From the NCBI GenBank assembly GCA_035084275.1, contig CM068742.1:138570001-138634000 (forward strand): 64,000 nt of DNA, given 5' to 3'. Below, in pieces: positions 63,605 to 64,000 of this stretch. The number at the start of each line of letters is the position of its first letter. Position 1 is the first letter of the stretch. A model generated the notes under the pieces. That model saw nothing but the letters and a program-made list of their open reading frames with translations, had not been told where the DNA came from and ran no database searches. This DNA is from Hydrolagus colliei (lineage: Eukaryota). A program made the translations under genes and the position numbers.

Positions 63605-63950
63605 GCAGCATTAGTTGGTACTCTCGATTCCGGTTCAGCAAGTTGTGAGTTCAAGTGCCACATTTGGATAACACTCTAGTGCAGTTTCAAGAGAGTGCTA
63701 CATTATTGGAGGTGCCATCCTCTGTGTGAGATGTTACCAGAATCCCTTCTGCCTGTCCTCAGGTGGTTCTTAAAGATTCTGTGACATTAACAGAAAAACC
63801 AAAGGGCCAATAATACTCCAGGTTATTTGTTGTTTGTAGGACCTTCCTATGTGCAAACTGACTGTTAGTTCTTGCCTCCAAGAACAGTCACTGCATTTGA
63901 CAATAATTTTCCGTGAACTGGTTATATCAAATGCAAGAATTAAAATTTTG
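63605..63950 (+). mobile_element. Old Deu-SINE
   Basis: agttggtactctcg..gttgtgagttcaag..ttggaggtgccatcc..taaagattc..gtgcaaactgactg..atatcaaatgcaag. Confidence 0.65.
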
Positions 63951-64000
63951 GATGAATCTGTCATTTTTTAAACAATATAATACTTCTTGCATTTGATATA

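Overview
AT-rich, repeat-dense vertebrate non-coding DNA, either intronic or intergenic. The repeat families point to a cartilaginous fish, most likely a holocephalan such as Callorhinchus; this is inferred from remembered SINE/LINE family sequences, not from a database search. I find no convincing host protein-coding gene, tRNA, rRNA or CRISPR array. The ORFs are chance ORFs or decayed retroelement ORF2 fragments. The window holds many copies of a young tRNA-headed, Deu-domain, L2-tailed SINE (two subfamilies), an older Deu-SINE, a second ancient tRNA-SINE, L2, CR1 and probable RTE/Rex fragments, Tc1/pogo(Tigger)-like MITEs and a 77-bp CCCAG-terminated MITE. The most notable observation is a pair of ~150-bp Penelope-related insertions, each flanked by direct repeats and each starting with a minimal hammerhead ribozyme motif; one keeps an intact core. 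Other leads are reciprocal SINE/L2 nesting, an unclassified three-copy repeat, template-switch palindromes, a pre-miRNA-sized hairpin between two CTCF-like sites, and TE-free enhancer-like blocks. I do not see a demonstrably new multi-gene system. Boundaries of old repeats are approximate (roughly +/-20-50 bp).
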